Assembly: GCF_009914755.1 (NCBI RefSeq)
Contig: NC_060947.1
DNA from: the human T2T-CHM13v2.0 reference genome, Homo sapiens
Strand: one strand, 5' to 3'
Length of the DNA: 64,000 nt
A model generated the notes under the pieces. It did not search any database and had not been told where the DNA came from. It saw only the letters and a program-made list of their open reading frames with translations. Position numbers and translations under genes: made by a program. Below are positions 10,901-24,682 of this stretch, piece by piece; position 1 is the stretch's first letter, and each line of letters starts with the position of its first letter.

Positions 10901-13900
10901 TCTGTGAGTTGAATGCAGTCATCGCAGAAAACTTTCTGAGAATGCTTCTGTCTAGGTTTGATGTGAAGATATAGACGTTTCAAACGAAGGCTACAAAGTG
11001 GTCAAAATATACACTTGCAGATTCTACTACAAGGGTGTTGCAAACCTGAACTATCAAAGGAAGGTTCAACTCTGTGAGTTGAATACAAACATCACAAAGA
11101 ATGTTCTGAGTTTGCTTCCGTTCAGTTATGGGAAGTTGATCCCGTTTCCAACGAAATCCTCAGAGAGGTCCAAATATCCCCTTGCAGATTCTACAAAACG
11201 TGTGTTTGGAAACTGCTCCATCATAACGAATGTTCAGCTCCCTGAGTTAAACTCCATCGTCACAAAGAATTTTCTGAGAGTGCTACCGTCTGGTTTTTAT
11301 ATGAAGCTCTTTCCTTCACTACCACAGACCTCAAAGCGGTCCAAATCTCCACTTGCAGATTCTACAAAAAGAGTGTTTGCAAACTGCTCTATCAAAAGGA
11401 ATGTTCAACTCTGGGAGTTGAATGCAATCATCACAGAGCAGTTTCTGAGAATGCTTCTATGTCGTTTTTAGGAGAAGATATTTCCTTTTCCAACACAGTC
11501 TTCCAAGCCCGCTAAATAGCCACTTGCACATTGCAGAAAAAGTGTGTCAAAGCTGCGCTATCAAAGGGAAAGTTCAACTCTGTGAGGTGAATGCAAACAT
11601 CCCAAAGAAGTTTCTGAGAATGCTTCCGTTTAGCTTTTAGGTGAAGATTATCCCGTTTCCAACGAAACCTTCAAAGAGGTCCAAATATCCCCTTGCGGAT
11701 CCCACAGAAAGAGTGTTTCGAAACTGCTGTTTCAAAAGGAATCTTCAACTCTGTGAGTTGAATGCAATCATCACAAAGAAGTTTCTGACAATGCTTCTCT
11801 CTCGTCTTTCTGTGAAGATAAAGGAAAAGGCTTTCAGGCCTTTTCCACCACAGGCCTGAAAGCGCTCCAAATGTCCACTTGCAGATTCTGCCAAAAGAAT
11901 ATTTCAAAACTGCTCTATGAAAAGCAATGTTAAACTCTGTGGCTCGAACACAAACATCACAAAGCAGTTTCTGAGAATGCTTCAGTTTAGTTTTTCTGTG
12001 GAAATATTCCCGTTTCCAAAGAAATCTTCAAAGAGGTCCACGTATCCACTTACAGATTCTGCAAAAAGACAGTTTCAAAACTGCTCCATCAAAAGGAGGG
12101 TTCAACTGTGTGACTTGAATGCAATCATCACTCAGAAGTTTCTGAGAATGCTTCTCTTTAGTTTTTACGTGAACATATACCCGTTTCGAACGAAGGCCAG
12201 CCAGTGGTCCAAATATCCACTTGCAGATTCTACAGAAAGAGTGTTTCGAACCTGAACTCTCAAAGACAGGTTCATCTCTGCGAGTTAAATGCATTCATCA
12301 TGAAGAACTTTCTCAGAGTGTTTGTGTTTAGTTATGGGAAATTATTCCCGTTTCCAACGAAATCCTCAGAGAGCTCCAAATATCCACCTGCAGATTCTAC
12401 CAAAAGTGTATTTGGAAACTGCTCCATCAAGAGGCATGTTCAGCTCTGTGAGTGAAACTCCATCATCACAAAGAATATTCTGAGAATGCTTCCGTTTGCC
12501 TTTTATATGAAGTTCCTTCCTATACGACCTTAGGCCTCAAAGCAGTCCAAATCTCCATTTGCAGATTCTACAAAAAGAGTGATTCCAATCTGCTCTATCA
12601 ATAGGATTGTTCAACTCCATGAGTTGAATGCCATCCTCACAAAGTAGTTTCTGAGAATGCTTCTATCTAGTTTTTATGTGAAGATATTTCCTTTTCCACC
12701 ACAGGCCTCAAAGCCCTCCAAACGTCCACTTGCAGATTCTCGAAAAAGAGTGTTTCATAGCTGCTCTTTCAAAAGGAAAGTTCAACTCTGGGAGTTGAAT
12801 ACAAACATCACAAAGTAGTTTCCGAGAATGCTTCTGTTTAGTTTTTATGTGAAGATGATCCCGTTTCCAGTGAAATCTTCAAAGAGGTCCACATATCCCC
12901 TTGCAGATTCCAAAGAAAGAGGGTTTCAAAACTGCTCCATCAGAAGGATTGTTCAACTCTGTGAGTTGAATGCAGTCATCGCAGAAAACTTTCTGAGAAT
13001 GCTTCTGTCTAGGTTTGATGTGAAGATATAGACGTTTCAAACGAAGGCTACAAAGTGGTCAAAATATACACTTGCAGATTCTACTACAAGGGTGTTGCAA
13101 ACCTGAACTATCAAAGGAAGGTTCAACTCTGTGAGTTGAATACAAACATCACAAAGAATGTTCTGAGTTTGCTTCCGTTCAGTTATGGGAAGTTGATCCC
13201 GTTTCCAACGAAATCCTCAGAGAGGTCCAAATATCCCCTTGCAGATTCTACAAAACGTGTGTTTGGAAACTGCTCCATCATAACGAATGTTCAGCTCCCT
13301 GAGTTAAACTCCATCGTCACAAAGAATTTTCTGAGAGTGCTACCGTCTGGTTTTTATATGAAGCTCTTTCCTTCACTACCACAGGCCTCAAAGCGGTCCA
13401 AATCTCCACTTCCAGATTCTACAAAAAGAGTGTTTGCAAACTGCTCTATCAAAAGGAATGTTCAACTCTGGGAGTTGAATGCAATCATCACAGAGCAGTT
13501 TCTGAGAATGCTTCTATGTCGTTTTTAGGAGAAGATATTTCCTTTTCCAACACAGTCCTCCAAGCCCGCTAAATAGCCACTTGCACATTGTAGAAAAAGT
13601 GTGTCAAAGCTGCGCTATCAAAGGGAAAGTTCAACTCTGTGAGGTGAATGCAAACATCCCAAAGAAGTTTCTGAGAATGCTTCCGTTTAGCTTTTAGGTG
13701 AAGATTATCCCGTTTCCAACGAAACCTTCAAAGAGGTCCAAATATCCCCTTGCGGATCCCACAGAAAGAGTGTTTCGAAACTGCTGTTTCAAAAGGAATC
13801 TTCAACTCTGTGAGTTGAATGCAATCATCACAAAGAAGTTTCTGACAATGCTTCTCTCTCGTCTTTCTGTGAAGATAAAGGAAAAGGCTTTCAGGCCTTT

Positions 13901-16900
13901 TCCACCACAGGCCTGAAAGCGCTCCAAATGTCCACTTGCAGATTCTGCCAAAAGAATATTTCAAAACTGCTCTATGAAAAGCAATGTTAAACTCTGTGGC
14001 TCGAACACAAACATCACAAAGCAGTTTCTGAGAATGCTTCAGTTTAGTTTTTCTGTGGAAATATTCCCGTTTCCAAAGAAATCTTCAAAGAGGTCCACGT
14101 ATCCACTTACAGATTCTACAAAAAGACAGTTTCAAAACTGCTCCATCAAAAGGAGGGTTCAACTGTGTGACTTGAATGCAATCATCACTCAGAAGTTTCT
14201 GAGAATGCTTCTCTTTAGTTTTTACGTGAACATATACCCGTTTCGAACGAAGGCCAGCCAGTGGTCCAAATATCCACTTGCAGATTCTACAGAAAGAGTG
14301 TTTCGAACCTGAACTCTCAAAGGCAGGTTCATCTCTGCGAGTTAAATGCATTCATCATGAAGAACTTTCTCAGAGTGTTTGTGTTTAGTTATGGGAAATT
14401 ATTCCCGTTTCCAACGAAATCCTCAGAGAGCTCCAAATATCCACCTGCAGATTCTACCAAAAGTGTATTTGGAAACTGCTCCATCAAGAGGCATGTTCAG
14501 CTCTGTGAGTGAAACTCCATCATCACAAAGAATATTCTGAGAATGCTTCCGTTTGCCTTTTATATGAAGTTCCTTCCTATACGACCTTAGGCCTCAAAGC
14601 AGTCCAAATCTCCATTTGCAGATTCTACAAAAAGAGTGATTCCAATCTGCTCTATCAATAGGATTGTTCAACTCCATGAGTTGAATGCCATCCTCACAAA
14701 GTAGTTTCTGAGAATGCTTCTATCTAGTTTTTATGTGAAGATATTTCCTTTTCCACCACAGGCCTCAAAGCCCTCCAAACGTCCACTTGCAGATTCTCGA
14801 AAAAGAGTGTTTCATAGCTGCTCTTTCAAAAGGAAAGTTCAACTCTGGGAGTTGAATACAAACATCACAAAGTAGTTTCCGAGAATGCTTCTGTTTAGTT
14901 TTTATGTGAAGATGATCCCGTTTCCAGTGAAATCTTCAAAGAGGTCCACATATCCCCTTGCAGATTCCAAAGAAAGAGGGTTTCAAAACTGCTCCATCAG
15001 AAGGATTGTTCAACTCTGTGAGTTGAATGCAGTCATCGCAGAAAACTTTCTGAGAATGCTTCTGTCTAGGTTTGATGTGAAGATATAGACCTTTCAAACG
15101 AAGGCTACAAAGTGGTCAAAATATACACTTGCAGATTCTACTACAAGGGTGTTGCAAACCTGAACTATCAAAGGAAGGTTCAACTCTGTGAGTTGAATAC
15201 AAACATCACAAAGAATGTTCTGAGTTTGCTTCCGTTCAGTTATGGGAAGTTGATCCCGTTTCCAACGAAATCCTCAGAGAGGTCCAAATATCCCCTTGCA
15301 GATTCTACAAAACGTGTGTTTGGAAACTGCTCCATCATAACGAATGTTCAGCTCCCTGAGTTAAACTCCATCGTCACAAAGAATTTTCTGAGAGTGCTAC
15401 CGTCTGGTTTTTATATGAAGCTCTTTCCTTCACTACCACAGGCCTCAAAGCGGTCCAAATCTCCACTTGCAGATTCTACAAAAAGAGTGTTTGCAAACTG
15501 CTCTATCAAAAGGAATGTTCAACTCTGGGAGTTGAATGCAATCATCACAGAGCAGTTTCTGAGAATGCTTCTATGTCGTTTTTAGGAGAAGATATTTCCT
15601 TTTCCAACACAGTCCTCCAAGCCCGCTAAATAGCCACTTGCACATTGTAGAAAAAGTGTGTCAAAGCTGCGCTATCAAAGGGAAAGTTCAACTCTGTGAG
15701 GTGAATGCAAACATCCCAAAGAAGTTTCTGAGAATGCTTCCGTTTAGCTTTTAGGTGAAGATTATCCCGTTTCCAACGAAACCTTCAAAGAGGTCCAAAT
15801 ATCCCCTTGCGGATCCCACAGAAAGAGTGTTTCGAAACTGCTGTTTCAAAAGGAATCTTCAACTCTGTGAGTTGAATGCAATCATCACAAAGAAGTTTCT
15901 GACAATGCTTCTCTCTCGTCTTTCTGTGAAGATAAAGGAAAAGGCTTTCAGGCCTTTTCCACCACAGGCCTGAAAGCGCTCCAAATGTCCACTTGCAGAT
16001 TCTGCGAAAAGAATATTTCAAAACTGCTCTATGAAAAACAATGTTAAACTCTGTGGCTCGAACACAAACATCACAAAGCAGTTTCTGAGAATGCTTCAGT
16101 TTAGTTTTTCTGTGGAAATATTCCCGTTTCCAAAGAAATCTTCAAAGAGGTCCACGTATCCACTTACAGATTCTACAAAAAGACAGTTTCAAAACTGCTC
16201 CATCAAAAGGAGGGTTCAACTGTGTTACTTGAATGCAATCATCACTCAGAAGTTTCTGAGAATGCTTCTCTTTAGTTTTTACGTGAACATATACCCGTTT
16301 CGAACGAAGGCCACCCAGTGGTCCAAATATCCACTTGCAGATTCTACAGAAAGAGTGTTTCGAACCTGAACTCTCAAAGGCAGGTTCATCTCTGCGAGTT
16401 AAATGCATTCATCATGAAGAACTTTCTCAGAGTGTTTGTGTTTAGTTATGGGAAATTATTCCCGTTTCCAACGAAATCCTCAGAGAGCTCCAAATATCCA
16501 CCTGCAGATTCTACCAAAAGTGTATTTGGAAACTGCTCCATCAAAAGGCATGTTCAGCTCTGTGAGTGAAACTCCATCATCACAAAGAATATTCTGAGAA
16601 TGCTTCCGTTTGCCTTTTATATGAAGTTCCTTCCTATACGACCGTAGGCCTCAAAGCAGTCCAAATCTCCATTTGCAGATTCTACAAAAAGAGTGATTCC
16701 AATCTGCTCTATCAATAGGATTGTTCAACTCCATGAGTTGAATGCCATCCTCACAAAGTAGTTTCTGAGAATGCTTCTATCTAGTTTTTATGTGAAGATA
16801 TTTCCTTTTCCACCACAGGCCTCAAAGCCCTCCAAACGTCCACTTGCAGATTCTCGAAAAAGAGTGTTTCATAGCTGCTCTTTCAAAAGGAAAGTTCAAC

Positions 16901-19900
16901 TCTGGGAGTTGAATACAAACATCACAAAGTAGTTTCCGAGAATGCTTCTGTTTAGTTTTTATGTGAAGATGATCCCGTTTCCAGTGAAATCTTCAAAGAG
17001 GTCCACATATCCCCTTGCAGATTCCAAAGAAAGAGGGTTTCAAAACTGCTCCATCAGAAGGATTGTTCAACTCTGTGAGTTGAATGCAGTCATCGCAGAA
17101 AACTTTCTGAGAATGCTTCTGTCTAGGTTTGATGTGAAGATATAGAACTTTCAAACGAAGGCTACAAAGTGGTCAAAATATACACTTGCAGATTCTACTA
17201 CAAGGGTGTTGCAAACCTGAACTATCAAAGGAAGGTTCAACTCTGTGAGTTGAATACAAACATCACAAAGAATGTTCTGAGTTTGCTTCCGTTCAGTTAT
17301 GGGAAGTTGATCCCGTTTCCAACGAAATCCTCAGAGAGGTCCAAATATCCCCTTGCAGATTCTACAAAACGTGTGTTTGGAAACTGCTCCATCATAACGA
17401 ATGTTCACCTCCCTGAGTTAAACTCCATCGTCACAAAGAATTTTCTGAGAGTGCTACCGTCTGGTTTTTATATGAAGCTCTTTCCTTCACTACCACAGAC
17501 CTCAAAGCGGTCCAAATCTCCACTTGCAGATTCTACAAAAAGAGTGTTTGCAAACTGCTCTATCAAAAGGAATGTTCAACTCTGGGAGTTGAATGCAATC
17601 ATCACAGAGCAGTTTCTGAGAATGCTTCTATGTCGTTTTTAGGAGAAGATATTTCCTTTTCCAACACAGTCTTCCAAGCCCGCTAAATAGCCACTTGCAC
17701 ATTGCAGAAAAAGTGTGTCAAAGCTGCGCTATCAAAGGGAAAGTTCAACTCTGTGAGGTGAATGCAAACATCCCAAAGAAGTTTCTGAGAATGCTTCCGT
17801 TTAGCTTTTAGGTGAAGATTATCCCGTTTCCAACGAAACCTTCAAAGAGGTCCAAATATCCCCTTGCGGATCCCACAGAAAGAGTGTTTCGAAACTGCTG
17901 TTTCAAAAGGAATCTTCAACTCTGTGAGTTGAATGCAATCATCACAAAGAAGTTTCTGACAATGCTTCTCTCTCGTCTTTCTGTGAAGATAAAGGAAAAG
18001 GCTTTCAGGCCTTTTCCACCACAGGCCTGAAAGCGCTCCAAATGTCCACTTGCAGATTCTGCCAAAAGAATATTTCAAAACTGCTCTATGAAAAGCAATG
18101 TTAAACTCTGTGGCTCGAACACAAACATCACAAAGCAGTTTCTGAGAATGCTTCAGTTTAGTTTTTCTGTGGAAATATTCCCGTTTCCAAAGAAATCTTC
18201 AAAGAGGTCCACGTATCCACTTACAGATTCTGCAAAAAGACAGTTTCAAAACTGCTCCATCAAAAGGAGGGTTCAACTGTGTGACTTGAATGCAATCATC
18301 ACTCAGAAGTTTCTGAGAATGCTTCTCTTTAGTTTTTACGTGAACATATACCCGTTTCGAACGAAGGCCAGCCAGTGGTCCAAATATCCACTTGCAGATT
18401 CTACAGAAAGAGTGTTTCGAACCTGAACTCTCAAAGGCAGGTTCATCTCTGCGAGTTAAATGCATTCATCATGAAGAACTTTCTCAGAGTGTTTGTGTTT
18501 AGTTATGGGAAATTATTCCCGTTTCCAACGAAATCCTCAGAGAGCTCCAAATATCCACCTGCAGATTCTACCAAAAGTGTATTTGGAAACTGCTCCATCA
18601 AGAGGCATGTTCAGCTCTGTGAGTGAAACTCCATCATCACAAAGAATATTCTGAGAATGCTTCCGTTTGCCTTTTATATGAAGTTCCTTCCTATACGACC
18701 TTAGGCCTCAAAGCAGTCCAAATCTCCATTTGCAGATTCTACAAAAAGAGTGATTCCAATCTGCTCTATCAATAGGATTGTTCAACTCCATGAGTTGAAT
18801 GCCATCCTCACAAAGTCGTTTCTGAGAATGCTTCTATCTAGTTTTTATGTGAAGATATTTCCTTTTCCACCACAGGCCTCAAAGCCCTCCAAACGTCCAC
18901 TTGCAGATTCTCGAAAAAGAGTGTTTCATAGCTGCTCTTTCAAAAGGAAAGTTCAACTCTGGGAGTTGAATACAAACATCACAAAGTAGTTTCTGAGAAT
19001 GCTTCTGTTTAGTTTTTATGTGAAGATGATCCCGTTTCCAGTGAAATCTTCAAAGAGGTCCACATATCCCCTTGCAGATTCCAAAGAAAGAGGGTTTCAA
19101 AACTGCTCCATCAGAAGGATTGTTCAACTCTGTGAGTTGAATGCAGTCATCGCAGAAAACTTTCTGAGAATGCTTCTGTCTAGGTTTGATGTGAAGATAT
19201 AGACGTTTCAAACGAAGGCTACAAAGTGGTCAAAATATACACTTGCAGATTCTACTACAAGGGTGTTGCAAACCTGAACTATCAAAGGAAGGTTCAACTC
19301 TGTGAGTTGAATACAAACATCACAAAGAATGTTCTGAGTTTGCTTCCGTTCAGTTATGGGAAGTTGATCCCGTTTCCAACGAAATCCTCAGAGAGGTCCA
19401 AATATCCCCTTGCAGATTCTACAAAACGTGTGTTTGGAAACTGCTCCATCATAACGAATGTTCAGCTCCCTGAGTTAAACTCCATCGTCACAAAGAATTT
19501 TCTGAGAGTGCTACCGTCTGGTTTTTATATGAAGTTCTTTCCTTCACTACCACAGGCCTCAAAGCGGTCCAAATCTCCACTTGCAGATTCTACAAAAAGA
19601 GTGTTTGCAAACTGCTCTATCAAAAGGAATGTTCAACTCTTGGAGTTGAATGCAATCATCACAGAGCAGTTTCTGAGAATGCTTCTATGTCGTTTTTAGG
19701 AGAAGATATTTCCTTTTCCAACACAGTCCTCCAAGCCCGCTAAATAGCCACTTGCACATTGTAGAAAATGTGTGTCAAAGCTGCGCTATCAAAGGGAAAG
19801 TTCAACTCTGTGAGGTGAATGCAAACATCCCAAAGAAGTTTCTGAGAATGCTTCCGTTTAGCTTTTAGGTGAAGATTATCCCGTTTCCAACGAAACCTTC

Positions 19901-22627
19901 AAAGAGGTCCAAATATCCCCTTGCAGATCCCACAGAAAGAGTGTTTCGAAACTGCTGTTTCAAAAGGAATCTTCAACTCTGTGAGTTGAATGCAATCATC
20001 ACAAAGAAGTTTCTGACAATGCTTCTCTCTCGTCTTTCTGTGAAGATAAAGGAAAAGGCTTTCAGGCCTTTTCCACCACAGGCCTGAAAGCGCTCCAAAT
20101 GTCCACTTGCAGATTCTGCCAAAAGAATATTTCAAAACTGCTCTATGAAAAGCAATGTTAAACTCTGTGGCTCGAACACAAACATCACAAAGCGGTTTCT
20201 GAGAATGCTTCAGTTTAGTTTTTCTGTGGAAATATTTCCGTTTCCAAAGAAATCTTCAAAGTGGTCCACGTATCCACTTACAGATTCTACAAAAAGACAG
20301 TTTCAAAACTGCTCCATCAAAAGGAGGGTTCAACTGTGTGACTTGAATGCAATCATCACTCAGAAGTTTCTGAGAATGCTTCTCTTTAGTTTTTACGTGA
20401 ACATATACCCGTTTCGAACGAAGGCCAGCCAGTGGTCCAAATATCCACTTGCAGATTCTACAGAAAGAGTGTTTCGAACCTGAACTCTCAAAGGCAGGTT
20501 CATCTCTGCGAGTTAAATGCATTCATCATGAAGAACTTTCTCAGAGTGTTTGTGTTTAGTTATGGGAAATTATTCCCGTTTCCAACGAAATCCTCAGAGA
20601 GCTCCAAATATCCACCTGCAGATTCTACCAAAAGTGTATTTGGAAACTGCTCCATCAAAAGGCATGTTCAGCTCTGTGAGTGAAACTCCATCATCACAAA
20701 GAATATTCTGAGAATGCTTCCGTTTGCCTTTTATATGAAGTTCCTTCCTATACGACCGTAGGCCTCAAAGCAGTCCAAATCTCCATTTGCAGATTCTACA
20801 AAAAGAGTGATTCCAATCTGCTCTATCAATAGGATTGTTCAACTCCATGAGTTGAATGCCATCGTCACAAAGTAGTTTCTGAGAATGCTTCTATCTAGTT
20901 TTTATGTGAAGATATTTCCTTTTCCACCACAGGCCTCAAAGCCCTCCAAACGTCCACTTGCAGATTCTCGAAAAAGAGTGTTTCATAGCTGCTCTTTCAA
21001 AAGGAAAGTTCAACTCTGGGAGTTGAATACAAACATCACAAAGTAGTTTCCGAGAATGCTTCTGTTTAGTTTTTATGTGAAGATGATCCCGTTTCCAGTG
21101 AAATCTTCAAAGAGGTCCACATATCCCCTTGCAGATTCCAAAGAAAGAGGGTTTCAAAACTGCTCCATCAGAAGGATTGTTCAACTCTGTGAGTTGAATG
21201 CAGTCATCGCAGAAAACTTTCTGAGAATGCTTCTGTCTAGGTTTGATGTGAAGATATAGACGTTTCAAACGAAGGCTACAAAGTGGTCAAAATATACACT
21301 TGCAGATTCTACTACAAGGGTGTTGCAAACCTGAACTATCAAAGGAAGGTTCAACTCTGTGAGTTGAATACAAACATCACAAAGAATGTTCTGAGTTTGC
21401 TTCCGTTCAGTTATGGGAAGTTGATCCCGTTTCCAACGAAATCCTCAGAGAGGTCCAAATATCCCCTTGCAGATTCTACAAAACGTGTGTTTGGAAACTG
21501 CTCCATCATAACGAATGTTCAGCTCCCTGAGTTAAACTCCATCGTCACAAAGAATTTTCTGAGAGTGCTACCGTCTGGTTTTTATATGAAGCTCTTTCCT
21601 TCACTACCACAGGCCTCAAAGCGGTCCAAATCTCCACTTGCAGATTCTACAAAAAGAGTGTTTGCAAACTGCTCTATCAAAAGGAATGTTCAACTCTGGG
21701 AGTTGAATGCAATCATCACAGAGCAGTTTCTGAGAATGCTTCTATGTCGTTTTTAGGAGAAGATATTTCCTTTTCCAACACAGTCCTCCAAGCCCGCTAA
21801 ATAGCCACTTGCACATTGTAGAAAAAGTGTGTCAAAGCTGCGCTATCAAAGGGAAAGTTCAACTCTGTGAGGTGAATGCAAACATCCCAAAGAAGTTTCT
21901 GAGAATGCTTCCGTTTAGCTTTTAGGTGAAGATTATCCCGTTTCCAACGAAACCTTCAAAGAGGTCCAAATATCCCCTTGCGGATCCCACAGAAAGAGTG
22001 TTTCGAAACTGCTGTTTCAAAAGGAATCTTCAACTCTGTGAGTTGAATGCAATCATCACAAAGAAGTTTCTGACAATGCTTCTCTCTCGTCTTTCTGTGA
22101 AGATAAAGGAAAAGGCTTTCAGGCCTTTTCCACCACAGGCCTGAAAGCGCTCCAAATGTCCACTTGCAGATTCTGCGAAAAGAATATTTCAAAACTGCTC
22201 TATGAAAAGCAATGTTAAACTCTGTGGCTCGAACACAAACATCACAAAGCGGTTTCTGAGAATGCTTCAGTTTAGTTTTTCTGTGGAAATATTCCCGTTT
22301 CCAAAGAAATCTTCAAAGAGGTCCACGTATCCACTTACAGATTCTACAAAAAGACAGTTTCAAAACTGCTCCATCAAAAGGAGGGTTCAACTGTGTGACT
22401 TGAATGCAATCATCACTCAGAAGTTTCTGAGAATGCTTCTCTTTAGTTTTTACGTGAACATATACCCGTTTCGAACGAAGGCCAGCCAGTGGTCCAAATA
22501 TCCACTTGCAGATTCTACAGAAAGAGTGTTTCGAACCTGAACTCTCAAAGGCAGGTTCATCTCTGCGAGTTAAATGCATTCATCATGAAGAACTTTCTCA
22601 GAGTGTTTGTGTTTAGTTATGGGAAAT

Positions 22628-24682
22628 TATTCCCGTTTCCAACGAAATCCTCGGAGAGCTCCAAATATCCACCTGCAGATTCTACCAAAAGTGTATTTGG
22701 AAACTGCTCCATCAAAAGGCATGTTCAGCTCTGTGAGTGAAACTCCATCATCACAAAGAATATTCTGAGAATGCTTCCGTTTGCCTTTTATATGAAGTTC
22801 CTTCCTATACTACCGTAGGCCTCAAAGCAGTCCAAATCTCCATTTGCAGATTCTACAAAAAGAGTGATTCCAATCTGCTCTATCAATAGGATTGTTCAAC
22901 TCCATGAGTTGAATGCCATCCTCACAAAGTAGTTTCTGAGAATGCTTCTATCTAGTTTTTATGTGAAGATATTTCCTTTTCCACCACAGGCCTCAAAGCC
23001 CTCCAAACGTCCACTTGCAGATTCTCGAAAAAGAGTGTTTCATAGCTGCTCTTTCAAAAGGAAAGTTCAACTCTGGGAGTTGAATACAAACATCACAAAG
23101 TAGTTTCCGAGAATGCTTCTGTTTAGTTTTTATGTGAAGATGATCCCGTTTCCAGTGAAATCTTCAAAGAGGTCCACATATCCCCTTGCAGATTCCAAAG
23201 AAAGAGGGTTTCAAAACTGCTCCATCAGAAGGATTGTTCAACTCTGTGAGTTGAATGCAGTCATCGCAGAAAACTTTCTGAGAATGCTTCTGTCTAGGTT
23301 TGATGTGAAGATATAGACGTTTCAAACGAAGGCTACAAAGTGGTCAAAATATACACTTGCAGATTCTACTACAAGGGTGTTGCAAACCTGAACTATCAAA
23401 GGAAGGTTCAACTCTGTGAGTTGAATACAAACATCACAAAGAATGTTCTGAGTTTGCTTCCGTTCAGTTATGGGAAGTTGATCCCGTTTCCAACGAAATC
23501 CTCAGAGAGGTCCAAATATCCCCTTGCAGATTCTACAAAACGTGTGTTTGGAAACTGCTCCATCATAACGAATGTTCAGCTCCCTGAGTTAAACTCCATC
23601 GTCACAAAGAATTTTCTGAGAGTGCTACCGTCTGGTTTTTATATGAAGCTCTTTCCTTCACTACCACAGACCTCAAAGCGGTCCAAATCTCCACTTGCAG
23701 ATTCTACAAAAAGAGTGTTTGCAAACTGCTCTATCAAAAGGAATGTTCAACTCTGGGAGTTGAATGCAATCATCACAGAGCAGTTTCTGAGAATGCTTCT
23801 ATGTCGTTTTTAGGAGAAGATATTTCCTTTTCCAACACAGTCCTCCAAGCCCGCTAAATAGCCACTTGCACATTGTAGAAAAAGTGTGTCAAAGCTGCGC
23901 TATCAAAGGGAAAGTTCAACTCTGTGAGGTGAATGCAAACATCCCAAAGAAGTTTCTGAGAATGCTTCCATTTAGCTTTTAGGTGAAGATTATCCCGTTT
24001 CCAACGAAACCTTCAAAGAGGTCCAAATATCCCCTTGCGGATCCCACAGAAAGAGTGTTTCGAAACTGCTGTTTCAAAAGGAATCTTCAACTCTGAGTTG
24101 AATGCAATCATCACAGAGAAGTTTCTGACAATGCTTCTCTCTCGTCTTTCTGTGAAGATAAAGGAAAAGGCTTTCAGGCCTTTTCCACCACAGGCCTGAA
24201 AGCGCTCCAAATGTCCACTTGCAGATTCTGCGAAAAGAATATTTCAAAACTGCTCTATGAAAAGCAATGTTAAACTCTGTGGCTCGAACACAAACATCAC
24301 AAAGCGGTTTCTGAGAATGCTTCAGTTTAGTTTTTCTGTGGAAATATTCCCGTTTCCAAAGAAATCTTCAAAGAGGTCCACGTATCCACTTACAGATTCT
24401 ACAAAAAGACAGTTTCAAAACTGCTCCATCAAAAGGAGGGTTCAACTGTGTGACTTGAATGCAATCATCACTCAGAAGTTTCTGAGAATGCTTCTCTTTA
24501 GTTTTTACGTGAACATATACCCGTTTCGAACGAAGGCCACCCAGGGGTCCAAATATCCACTTGCAGATTCTACAGAAAGAGTGTTTCGAACCTGAACTCT
24601 CAAAGGCAGGTTCATCTCTGCGAGTTAAATGCATTCATGATGAAGAACTTTCTCAGAGTGTTTGTGTTTAGTTATGGGAAAT
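22628..24682 (-). repeat. HOR12, 2,055-bp variant (2-bp deletion near 24095)
   Basis: ctctgagttg replaces ctctgtgagttg, and ORF spacing 23113 to 25168 is 2,055. Confidence 0.9.
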
